From an uncultured Rikenellaceae bacterium (GTDB lineage Bacteria; Bacteroidota; Bacteroidia; Bacteroidales; Tenuifilaceae): 20,834 bases of DNA. Location: positions 1-20,834 of the forward strand of contig CAYZSD010000052.1 of NCBI GenBank assembly GCA_964481075.1, given 5' to 3'. Positions within the stretch are counted from its first letter, which is position 1; the number at the start of each line of letters is the position of its first letter. The notes beneath the pieces were generated by a model, which saw nothing but the letters and a program-made list of their open reading frames with translations, did no database searches and was not told the DNA's origin. Shown here piece after piece: positions 1 through 7,836 of this stretch. Both the position numbers and the translations under genes were made by a program.

Positions 1-131
1 ATATATGAATACAGAAAAAGAGAGGCTTTCATGTTTTAAAATATTTTTTTTTGATTTATATTAGATAAGTTTGTATTGTTTTAAACACAAATTTTTAAAG
101 TTAATTTTTTCACTATATAGCAGCTCAACTA

Positions 132-1037
132 ATGGATGAGTACACAATAAAGACCAAAGAATGGTTGGAGAAAAGGTTTAAGAGTAGTAAGCAGGGGATA
201 TACCGAGCCCATCAGCCAATATATGGATTTCGAAAGGGATACTGCGATTCGGGCGCATTTGACAGGTACGTTTGTACTTACCATATAATGCGGGCACTTT
301 CAGAGATAAGTTTTAATACTTTGCTGGATGTTGGTGGAGCCGAAGGCTATAAGGCAAATCTGGCAAAACTTTTTTTTGGCGTAAGGGTTGAAAATTCGGA
401 TATCTCAGAAGAGGCATGTAAAAGATCAGAGGAGATATTCCAAATAAAATCAACACACGCTGATATTCATAACTTACCGTTTAAGGATGAAGAATTTGAT
501 GTTGTTCTTTGTAGTGAAACAATTGAGCATATTACAGATAAGCAGAAATCAATAGCAGAGCTGTTACGGGTTGCCCGTAAAGCAGTAGTGATAACAGTTC
601 CCCATGAGCCAAAAGAAAAAGTAGAGCAGAACATCAAGAATGGGATAGCCCATGGACATATTCATAGCTTTGATTTAGAAAGCTTTGATTATTTAAAGGG
701 GCTTGGATATCAGGTTATTAGGAGCAAAACCAACTCTTCGTTGGTAAAGCCAGTGATTAAGGAAGCGTTAACGACAAACAATCCTATGAGATTTGATCAA
801 CCAGATATAAAAGGACGCGTTTACAATGTTACTATTCCAATTATCAGATATTTTCTGGGGAAAAGAACGGTTGCGTTACTTGTTGCTTTGGATGCTTTTC
901 TTTGTAGAAACTTCGCATGGAACAATGCCTTTATATTCACTATCATTAAAGATTCCCAATGTTACAGAAAAGATAAAAGGTTAAGTATTTCACCTTCAAG
1001 AATTTTAAATTTCTCAGTTCCTTATCATAGTTTATAG
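132..1037 (+). CDS. Class I SAM-dependent methyltransferase (Methyltransf_11-like) with a hydrophobic C-terminal extension
   Basis: Motif I-like LLDVGGAEGY, acidic-loop ENSDIS, and post-I/II motifs FDVVLCSETIEHI and RVARKAVVITVP are typical of the Rossmann-fold MTase core. The C-terminal ~90 aa contains a hydrophobic stretch (TVALLVALDAFLCRNFAWNNAFIFTII). The substrate cannot be determined from sequence. Confidence 0.75.
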   Translation: MDEYTIKTKEWLEKRFKSSKQGIYRAHQPIYGFRKGYCDSGAFDRYVCTYHIMRALSEISFNTLLDVGGAEGYKANLAKLFFGVRVENSDISEEACKRSEEIFQIKSTHADIHNLPFKDEEFDVVLCSETIEHITDKQKSIAELLRVARKAVVITVPHEPKEKVEQNIKNGIAHGHIHSFDLESFDYLKGLGYQVIRSKTNSSLVKPVIKEALTTNNPMRFDQPDIKGRVYNVTIPIIRYFLGKRTVALLVALDAFLCRNFAWNNAFIFTIIKDSQCYRKDKRLSISPSRILNFSVPYHSL

Positions 1038-1318
1038 CACTTCTATTTAATCATGGTTTGTAATCCTTTTATGTTTTACTAGCAATTTTGATAAGTTAGT
1101 GAACTTCTTTCTATCATAAATTGTTGTTTTATAGTCAAATTGGTAAAATAATATGCTAGAAGGTAAAGGCATTTTGCTGAAATGTTTGCAAATATAGTAA
1201 GAGAAGTTTCTTGGGTTTCTAATAATAATGTTATTGGATTTTTAAAAACAACAGAGGATGAATGACTAAGCGTTACAAACATGCAATGAAATTGAATCAA
1301 GTATTTTAGATTCACTAA

Positions 1319-1423
1319 CAACGTAGTTATAACCTCAGCAACGAACCTGATGGGCTTTACATTGTTAGAACAATCACCACATACGGTAATGTATATACCA
1401 CAAGGGTAATCAAGTTGAACTAA
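1319..1423 (+). pseudogene. Relic 3' fragment of a gene encoding a T9SS C-terminal sorting domain (Por_Secre_tail-like)
   Basis: The frame ending at TAA 1421-1423 reads QRSYNLSNEPDGLYIVRTITTYGNVYTTRVIKLN*. This matches the characteristic last two beta-strands of Bacteroidota T9SS CTDs (..L..GxYxVxx.T..G..T.KxIKx). The same frame is broken by stops at 1307-1309 and 1316-1318. No long upstream ORF exists. Confidence 0.45.
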
Positions 1424-1442
1424 GGTTGGTCAATTAACCCAC

Positions 1443-1478
1443 AAAAAGAGGCTGCCCGGTTTGGACAGCCTCTTTTTG
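1443..1478. terminator. Bidirectional rho-independent terminator
   Basis: The sequence is AAAAAGAGGCTG-cccggtttgga-CAGCCTCTTTTTG. The GAGGCTG/CAGCCTC stem (1448-1454 / 1466-1472) is flanked by an A-run and a T-run. It can therefore terminate both the minus-strand susE/F-like gene (stop at 1513) and the plus-strand relic. Confidence 0.7.
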
Positions 1479-1512
1479 TGAATATGACTTTTACAGTCAG
1501 TGTAAGAGGTTA

Positions 1513-2988
1513 CTAGTTAATAACACCACCTCCCGTCTTGAAGTTTAGTGATATTGTATGCTCCCCAGCGGTTACACTAATTCTTGCCTGATCGCCACCT
1601 GCACCACGATATTCAATGACACCGTCAAATATCATGAATTCGGCCTGCCACCATGAAACTTGTGTACCACCACCAAAAGGTTTGGTAAACCAATCGGCAA
1701 CGTCAAACCAAGCATACATTCTTAGTTCGTCTGCTGCAAGCTCTTTGGTAATTGTTACAACATCGTTTGCGTTGTCAACAGTAAATAAAGCATTGGGGTT
1801 AGCTGTATCCCAGCTACTTACAGTATTACCAATGAGGTAAACTTTTGGATCAACTACTGCAACTTTTTCTTCTTCTAGGTTAACAACAACCATATAGTAA
1901 CCAGGTGTTGCTGGTACAGCAATTGCATTCATGCCTGCCCAAACTATTTCAGAAATTCCATCAACAAGAGCAGTTCCACCAAAGTTGCCATTCCATTCCT
2001 GAACTGGTGAGAATTCGATGGCACCTGTTCCATTTAGCCATACTATCCTCCAGAAAAGGTGAGGATTGCTATGAACAGGAATCATGGGCATATCGTTTGT
2101 ACCCCATGTCCAACCACCGTTATGCAGTCCATCGCCAATAATGAATAGGTTATCAGGATACTCAGGTAGAGGTTCTACATCCCCCGTTCTTGTTGTTGTG
2201 TAGGAGAAACCATTATCGATAGACCAACTTAAAACAACTGTATATTCACCCTCTGCATCTGTTGGATAGGGGAATGTGCCTCCACCCATGATAAAGTCAT
2301 TTGAATCACCAGCTTTACCAATATTTCCAAAAATAACAAAATCGCCAGTTGAGAATTTCCAACCTCCGTTGTAACGGAATTTGAACCCACCACGAGCTCT
2401 TAGGGTTAGCTGTGTAATTTCCCACTCTGCAGCTTCGGCTGTAAGGGTTTTGGTAGTCATTTCAAGCTCAGTTGACCAGCCCATATCAGTTGCATCACCA
2501 ATAACAGCCCAGCGATCAATCTTTGTAAAGTAGGCGGTACCGGTGGTTTTGTCGAGAATAATGTGGTAGAATCCATTACTTGGAGCATTGAAGGCAGCAC
2601 CATTAGCAACAAACTCACCTTTGTGAACAGTACAATTGATTTCATCGCCTCCGCCACTTTCAAAAGCAACGTATGTTCCATCTTTCCAACCGTATGTGCT
2701 TTCATTGGCACCTGCTTTCTCAACTATGTTGAAGTTACCAGCGGTTAGATACATTAATTTCTCATACATGCCATCTCTAAGGTTTGATGCGTATCCCTCG
2801 CCTTCCTCGCGGCCAGGCATCATCATTCCTTTTAAAACAAGGCCATTAAGACCAGTTGCTGCACCAGTTACATAGATACCATCCTCAGCTTGTACGGGTG
2901 GTTTATCATCATCATCATCATCCTTACAGGATGTTACAAGTACCATTGCGGCTAAAAGAAGCCAAGATAATTTAAGCAAACTTTTCAT
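1513..2988 (-). CDS. SusE/SusF-like surface glycan-binding lipoprotein (starch-binding, multi-domain)
   Basis: It has a lipoprotein signal (LLAAMVLVTSC) followed by KDDDDDDK. Three repeated beta-sandwich-type segments carry (I/L)IGD/N...W motifs (WAVIGDATDMGWS, NLFIIGDGLHNGGWTW, KVYLIGNTVSSWD) and GGFKFRYNGGWKF, as in SusE/SusF starch-binding domains. Its position directly downstream of susD also fits. Confidence 0.7.
   Translation of the reverse strand: MKSLLKLSWLLLAAMVLVTSCKDDDDDDKPPVQAEDGIYVTGAATGLNGLVLKGMMMPGREEGEGYASNLRDGMYEKLMYLTAGNFNIVEKAGANESTYGWKDGTYVAFESGGGDEINCTVHKGEFVANGAAFNAPSNGFYHIILDKTTGTAYFTKIDRWAVIGDATDMGWSTELEMTTKTLTAEAAEWEITQLTLRARGGFKFRYNGGWKFSTGDFVIFGNIGKAGDSNDFIMGGGTFPYPTDAEGEYTVVLSWSIDNGFSYTTTRTGDVEPLPEYPDNLFIIGDGLHNGGWTWGTNDMPMIPVHSNPHLFWRIVWLNGTGAIEFSPVQEWNGNFGGTALVDGISEIVWAGMNAIAVPATPGYYMVVVNLEEEKVAVVDPKVYLIGNTVSSWDTANPNALFTVDNANDVVTITKELAADELRMYAWFDVADWFTKPFGGGTQVSWWQAEFMIFDGVIEYRGAGGDQARISVTAGEHTISLNFKTGGGVIN
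2905..2922. repeat. (ATC)6 / (GAT)6 trinucleotide microsatellite encoding the hexa-Asp run after the lipobox Cys
   Basis: Six perfect ATC units are read directly on the plus strand. They are in frame within the susE/F-like CDS. Confidence 0.9.
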
Positions 2989-3067
2989 AGTGTAAATTTT
3001 TAGTTAGTAAATGGAGTTAATAATTGTGGAGTTTGTAAATAAAAGAACAAAGTTAACAAAAAAGATT

Positions 3068-4579
3068 TTAATCATTTATAGGAACTATATCTGCCTCAAG
3101 ATTCGGGTTAGCTTCCTTTGCCCAAAGAGGAATAGGGAAAACGTTCCGGTCGGGGGTTGAAGCATCCTTCTCCCACCAAGCCTTGTTGAATTCGCCAAAG
3201 CGAATCAAATCCTGGCGTCGATGGGCTTCCCAAAACATCTCACGCCCTCTTTCTTCAAGTAGCATAGGAAGGGTAACGTTTGTCCAGGGATCTAAGCCTG
3301 CCCTCTGACGAATTAGGTTGACATACATGTCGCCACTCTGCCCTTGACGAATAAGGGCTTCAGCTTTCATCAGAAGAACATCGGCGTACCTAAATAGAGG
3401 GAAAGCATTGCTAAGGTTTGCCTTAGCACCATTTTTTATCTCAAACTTTACAACCCTTGCTCCCGACATACGGATTTGTTCTAGGGTATGCTCAGCCAAT
3501 GTTAAAACAAGTTTAGGTATGTTTGGATTAAGAACCAGGGGTGAGTTTGCTACCCCATCAACTATGGCAGTGCCATCGGCTGTGTACTGTGGGCCATACA
3601 AAAAGCCATCCTTACGCCTATCGTTGTCGGAGTAGGTGTTAAAGTGGCTTTCGGTTACAGCAAAACCATTCCATGGACCAGCTACCATATTGAAAGTAAG
3701 GTTGCTATTGTAATGAAGAGTACGCATGTGAAGGTTGAACCCTTGGTAAGTATCCTCATTATATGGAATGACGAAGATGTTTTCAACGGAATTGTGATTG
3801 TTGGTTACAAATGGAGCAAGCGCATCGTTTTCGAGGGAGTAAATACCCAATCCTATAACACTATCGGCATAAACTTCGGCTTTAGCCCAAAAAGCAGCAT
3901 TCACAGCGCCAGAGTAAACAGCGTGATTCAGATAAAGTTTTGTTAACAAACTGAAAGCCATCCCTTTACCTGCTCCTGTTCGCGATGTACTGGGTTGAAT
4001 GTATGGAATGCTCTCCTCGATTTCAGTTACTATACGCTCAAAGATTTGCGCCCTTGGGTTTCTCTTGGGGTTTGGATCTGCATCAACAAACTTAATTACG
4101 TAAGGTACATCACCATAATTATCAATAAGCAGATAGTAATAGTAAGCTCTTAATACTCTGGCCTTAGCTATTGCCTGATCAATTATTGGGTCGCCAGCAA
4201 AAGGCTGTTGTGCCTCAATGAATTTATTTGCTTCAACAACTCCCTTATAAAAGCGACTCCACATGCTGTTAACGGTTTCAGTATCGTGAACCCATGTGTG
4301 CTGGTGCAAAACCCTCCATTTCCCTCCGTCATCCCAATCGGTGTCGCGGGTAGGGCAAACCACAGCATCGGTAGTTACCTCCTGAGCAAACCACCAGCAA
4401 CCCCAGTCAAGAAAATCGCGCATGGGTTCATAAATAATACTCATCTGCAGAACTGGGTCGGCAGTGTATTCGTCGGGTGGTATTTTATCGTAGAGCCTAT
4501 CCTCAAGGTCGGTACATGAAATGATACCAAGGGAAAAAACTGCAAGTAAAAAAACTATTCTTTTCATGGCTGGTTTCAT
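3068..4579 (-). CDS. susD: SusD/RagB-family outer-membrane glycan-binding lipoprotein
   Basis: It has a lipoprotein signal (VFSLGIISCTDLED). Its length (~500 aa) and TPR-like helical motifs (RVLRAYYYYLLIDNYGDVPY, LLMKAEALIRQG, REMFWEAHRRQDLIRFG) are typical of SusD. Its start overlaps the susC stop (TAATG at 4577-4581, minus strand). An alternative start is Met5 at 4567. Confidence 0.9.
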   Translation of the reverse strand: MKPAMKRIVFLLAVFSLGIISCTDLEDRLYDKIPPDEYTADPVLQMSIIYEPMRDFLDWGCWWFAQEVTTDAVVCPTRDTDWDDGGKWRVLHQHTWVHDTETVNSMWSRFYKGVVEANKFIEAQQPFAGDPIIDQAIAKARVLRAYYYYLLIDNYGDVPYVIKFVDADPNPKRNPRAQIFERIVTEIEESIPYIQPSTSRTGAGKGMAFSLLTKLYLNHAVYSGAVNAAFWAKAEVYADSVIGLGIYSLENDALAPFVTNNHNSVENIFVIPYNEDTYQGFNLHMRTLHYNSNLTFNMVAGPWNGFAVTESHFNTYSDNDRRKDGFLYGPQYTADGTAIVDGVANSPLVLNPNIPKLVLTLAEHTLEQIRMSGARVVKFEIKNGAKANLSNAFPLFRYADVLLMKAEALIRQGQSGDMYVNLIRQRAGLDPWTNVTLPMLLEERGREMFWEAHRRQDLIRFGEFNKAWWEKDASTPDRNVFPIPLWAKEANPNLEADIVPIND

Positions 4580-7530
4580 TATAATGTCAAGTTAATTCCA
4601 AATGTAAAGGTACGAGTTTTTGGGTAAACATCGTACTGATCAAGCCCAAACGATAGCCCAGAGTAGCTTATTTCAGGATCAATACCTGTGTACTTTGTTA
4701 TTACAAAGAGGTTGTTTGATGCAAAGTACACACGAATATTTTTGAAATAGCCCAAATCCTTCAGGTTGTAACCAAATGAAAGGTTGTCGAGCCTAATGAA
4801 TGAACCATCTTCAAGATAGTAGCTGCTGGTACGGGGAATGTCGTCAAGTCCTCTTGCTGCCTCATCGAGAGCAGATTCAATAACATTGAGGGTTGGGAGT
4901 AATCGGGGATTACCAAAGAATAAACGGGTGGTGTTGAAGATTAAATGCCCATAAACGGCCCTGAACGCAAAGTTTAAGTCGAAGTTTTTGTAAATGGTGA
5001 AGTAGTTGGACCAACCAAGCTCAAATTTGGGTTGTGCATTCCCAAGCTCTCTGAGTTCTGCCTTCTCTGGAAAACGGGTTACTCCACCAGCTTCGGTGTA
5101 GAATAGCCACTTGCCATCCTCTGAAAGACCAGCATATTCGTTCATGTACCAAGTACCAAGGGGTAACCCTTCTTTTACAACCTGAGTGTTATCGCCAACT
5201 AAACCTCTGCCACCAACACCGCCAACACGCTGTGCCGACCAGTTGAAATCATCGTTGGATAGTTTTACAACTTCTTGTTTATAGGTAGTAAAGGTTACTG
5301 CTGTTTTCCAGTCGAAGTTGTTATACTTCACAGGGAACGCTTGAACGAAAGCCTCGAAACCATTCACTTGAATTTGCCCAACGTTAGCATATATTCTTCC
5401 AACAGGATAAGGGGGAACAGGTACCGAGTACTCTCCTAAAAGATCGTAGGTGTTTTTTCTGAAGTATTCCAATGAACCAGAGATTTTATTTCTCCATAAA
5501 CCAAAATCGAGACCAATGTTTAGCTCTGCATTCGATTCCCATTTCAAATCGGGGTTAGCTGCGTGCGAGAACTCAAATAGAATGGTTTCTTCACCAGTCT
5601 CGAAGTTGATAGAGTTGCCTTTTCTCACGTAGTACTCAATTGCTCTGTAACGAGCAAACTGCTGGTTACCGCTAATTCCATAACCTGTGCGAAGTCGGAG
5701 GTTGCTAACAATATCGTTTCCAGCAAGGAATTCTTCACCTGTAATGTTCCACATAGCTGATGCTGATGGAAACCAACCCCAACGATTGTTCTTACCAAAT
5801 TTTGAGGAACCATCGCGACGTATAGTTGCCGTAAAGAAGTACTTCGATTTGAAGCTGTAGATACCTCTACCAAAAAAGGATATGAGTCGATTTGTACCCT
5901 TGTATGAGCTGATATCTCCTGGTTTAACGCTCATCAGGTTTGAAAGGTCATGCGATTCAAGGTAATCCAGAAAAGGTTTCCTTCCATAAGCTGAGAATCC
6001 AGTTTCGATATCCTCTTGCCAGGTGTGACCGGCAACAAGGTTCAAATCGTGGTCATCGAATACATTAGCGTATCGGATGGTTGATTCCATAAGCTTCGAC
6101 TCGTAATTGCCGTAGCTTCTTCTACCTTGTCCTTCATCTTTTCCCATGTAAAGCGTTGATGGTTCGAAGTAGAAGTTCTCCTGATCGTCGCGGGTGTAAC
6201 CAACGTTAACACCTGCCGAGAACCCTTTGTATATATCAAGATCGGCCTTAAAGAAGCCAAAGAAACGTTTAGCACTCCTATCGTCCTGTGTTTCTTCAAC
6301 TAAAGCAACCGGGTTGTAGTAGTCGAAGTCGCGTTCAATCTCGTAGTAGTTTCCCTCTGAATCGTAAATTGGGTCGGTTGGGTTACGCTGAAAAGCTTGG
6401 AATTGAACAGAATTTCTACCCCAACCGCCATAGTTTACGTAAGCATTCTTCTCGAAAGTACCTGAAATACCACTCTGAATCTTTAGCTTTTTGTCTAATG
6501 CGGTTTGATCTAAGTTCAATCGTGCTATTGTTCTTTCCTTTGTAGAGCCAATAATTACCCCATCAAACTTGTTATGTGAAACAGAAGCCCTGTATGTGGA
6601 ACTTTCATCACTTCCAGAAAAGGCGATGTTGTGGCTATAACTCATCCCAGGTTTGTATATCTGATCGAGCCAATTCGTGCTTGCACCACCATCGTTGAAG
6701 TTCGAGATGTTGTTCTCAGCCACATAGTTTCTTACCTGATCAGCAGATAAAAACTTGAGTCTGTTAGCAACTCTATCCATAGAGATGTATGAGTTGTAGT
6801 TTATCTCTGAACCCTTCTTCTGCTGACTTCCTCTTTTGGTAGTGATGATAACAACTCCGTGCGCACCCCTGGCACCATAGATTGCCGATGAGGATGCATC
6901 CTTCAGAATGCTCCACGATTCGATGTCCTCTGGTGCAATGGTTGTGGGATCAACTCCAGGAACACCATCAACCACATAAAGTGGGCTAGTGCTAGTGGTT
7001 AACGATGAAGCACCCCTAATCTTGATGTCGAAACCAGCGTTGGGGTCACCTCCTTTCTTTGATACCATTACGCCGGCTATCTTTCCCTGAATACCTTGAA
7101 CAGGGTCAGTGAGAACACCAGAATTCATCTCACTTGAGGTGATATGGGCCACAGCACCGGTACGGTCGCTTTTCTTTTGTGTTCCGTATCCAATCACAAC
7201 AATTTCTTCCAGCGCTTCAACGGCCTCCATGAGCACGATGTTGATTACTGCTTTCCCTTGTACGGGTTCCTCGAAGGTTTCGTACCCAATGTATGAAAAG
7301 ATAAGGGTAGAGGTGGGTTCGGCACTAATGCTATAGTTGCCAAAGGGATCGGTGCTGGTACCAATTGTGGTACCCTTTACAACAACGGATACACCCACAA
7401 GGGGGGAACCATCCATAAAATCGGTAACTTTTCCTGTTACAGTTATCACCTGTGCCCATGCCATCGATTGAATGAGCATAAGCGCAAGGAATAAGGTAAC
7501 ACCTTTAAAATAAGTAGTTTTCTGCTTCAT
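4579..7530 (-). CDS. susC: SusC/RagA-family TonB-dependent outer-membrane transporter
   Basis: A signal peptide is followed by a CarboxypepD_reg-like N-terminal domain (ITVTGKVTDFMDGSPLVGVSVVVKGTTIGTSTDPFGNYSI). A TonB-box/plug region (EEIVVIGYGTQKKSDRTGAV) and a ~980 aa beta-barrel with C-terminal TFTFGINLTL complete the family pattern. Confidence 0.93.
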   Translation of the reverse strand: MKQKTTYFKGVTLFLALMLIQSMAWAQVITVTGKVTDFMDGSPLVGVSVVVKGTTIGTSTDPFGNYSISAEPTSTLIFSYIGYETFEEPVQGKAVINIVLMEAVEALEEIVVIGYGTQKKSDRTGAVAHITSSEMNSGVLTDPVQGIQGKIAGVMVSKKGGDPNAGFDIKIRGASSLTTSTSPLYVVDGVPGVDPTTIAPEDIESWSILKDASSSAIYGARGAHGVVIITTKRGSQQKKGSEINYNSYISMDRVANRLKFLSADQVRNYVAENNISNFNDGGASTNWLDQIYKPGMSYSHNIAFSGSDESSTYRASVSHNKFDGVIIGSTKERTIARLNLDQTALDKKLKIQSGISGTFEKNAYVNYGGWGRNSVQFQAFQRNPTDPIYDSEGNYYEIERDFDYYNPVALVEETQDDRSAKRFFGFFKADLDIYKGFSAGVNVGYTRDDQENFYFEPSTLYMGKDEGQGRRSYGNYESKLMESTIRYANVFDDHDLNLVAGHTWQEDIETGFSAYGRKPFLDYLESHDLSNLMSVKPGDISSYKGTNRLISFFGRGIYSFKSKYFFTATIRRDGSSKFGKNNRWGWFPSASAMWNITGEEFLAGNDIVSNLRLRTGYGISGNQQFARYRAIEYYVRKGNSINFETGEETILFEFSHAANPDLKWESNAELNIGLDFGLWRNKISGSLEYFRKNTYDLLGEYSVPVPPYPVGRIYANVGQIQVNGFEAFVQAFPVKYNNFDWKTAVTFTTYKQEVVKLSNDDFNWSAQRVGGVGGRGLVGDNTQVVKEGLPLGTWYMNEYAGLSEDGKWLFYTEAGGVTRFPEKAELRELGNAQPKFELGWSNYFTIYKNFDLNFAFRAVYGHLIFNTTRLFFGNPRLLPTLNVIESALDEAARGLDDIPRTSSYYLEDGSFIRLDNLSFGYNLKDLGYFKNIRVYFASNNLFVITKYTGIDPEISYSGLSFGLDQYDVYPKTRTFTFGINLTL

Positions 7531-7663
7531 ACCAGATTATTCGTTAGAATTTGTTGAACAAAAGAAATTGGCTACTTTTTTCCCATTCAAACTTTATCAC
7601 AATTTAAGCTAAAAATAACCAAAAAATAATATATAATCCAATATTAAACGATATTTTTTTATG

Positions 7664-7698
7664 CAATCGTTTTCACAATCGACTGCACAATCGATTGT
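7664..7698. promoter_or_regulatory. Candidate LacI-family operator 1: three CAATCG half-sites phased at 12 bp, ending in the perfect palindrome ACAATCGATTGT (7687-7698)
   Basis: CAATCG occurs at 7664, 7676 and 7688. The last merges with its complement CGATTG to give a 12-bp perfect palindrome with a central CG, as is typical of LacI/GalR operators. It lies in the divergent susC / lacI-type intergenic region. Confidence 0.55.
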
Positions 7699-7722
7699 TA
7701 GAAAGCTATTTACTTAAACAAG

Positions 7723-7730
7723 TATTTTTG
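7723..7730 (+). promoter_or_regulatory. Bacteroidota -7 promoter box (TATTTTTG, fits TAnnTTTG) for the regulator transcript
   Basis: It is an exact fit to the TAnnTTTG consensus. It lies ~19 nt upstream of palindrome 2 and ~107 nt upstream of the ATG at 7837. Confidence 0.4.
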
Positions 7731-7748
7731 AAACTCTAGTAGAGTAAC

Positions 7749-7762
7749 AACAATCGATTGTT
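7749..7762. promoter_or_regulatory. Candidate LacI-family operator 2: perfect 14-bp palindrome AACAATCGATTGTT
   Basis: The perfect palindrome was read directly. Its core is identical to operator 1, and the centres are 63 bp apart. It lies just downstream of the predicted transcription start of the regulator gene, so autoregulation is plausible. Confidence 0.55.
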
Positions 7763-7836
7763 TTTTGTTGGAGAGTAACCGAAAAAAACTTACTTTTGGT
7801 AGAATAATTCACTTATTCTATACCATAACCCGAACT

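Noticed and set aside
46-73. Possible promoter for the methyltransferase (TTTG at 50-53, TAAGTTTG at 66-73)
   Set aside because: The -7 box fits TAnnTTTG, but the spacing to the upstream TTTG (12 nt) is much shorter than the ~19-21 nt usually seen. I did not list it as a feature.
1079-1321. 80-aa minus-strand ORF in the gap between the methyltransferase and the susE/F-like gene
   Set aside because: The sequence is AT-rich and low-complexity, with no recognisable motifs and no signal or domain features. It lies in a region that looks like decayed non-coding DNA. It is most likely a chance ORF.
7550-7562. Small palindrome TTTGTTGAACAAA about 20 nt upstream of the susC start codon
   Set aside because: It is short and AT-rich, so it is likely to arise by chance in this AT-rich leader. 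It shares only the AACAA/TTGTT arms with the stronger palindromes, and in the opposite arrangement.
7765-7836. N-terminal 24-aa extension of the LacI-type regulator from a TTG start, as given in the ORF track
   Set aside because: LacI-family proteins start within a few residues of the HTH, and ATG 7837 gives MKTANVTIKDIAK.... The extension would also overlap the candidate operator and leader region.
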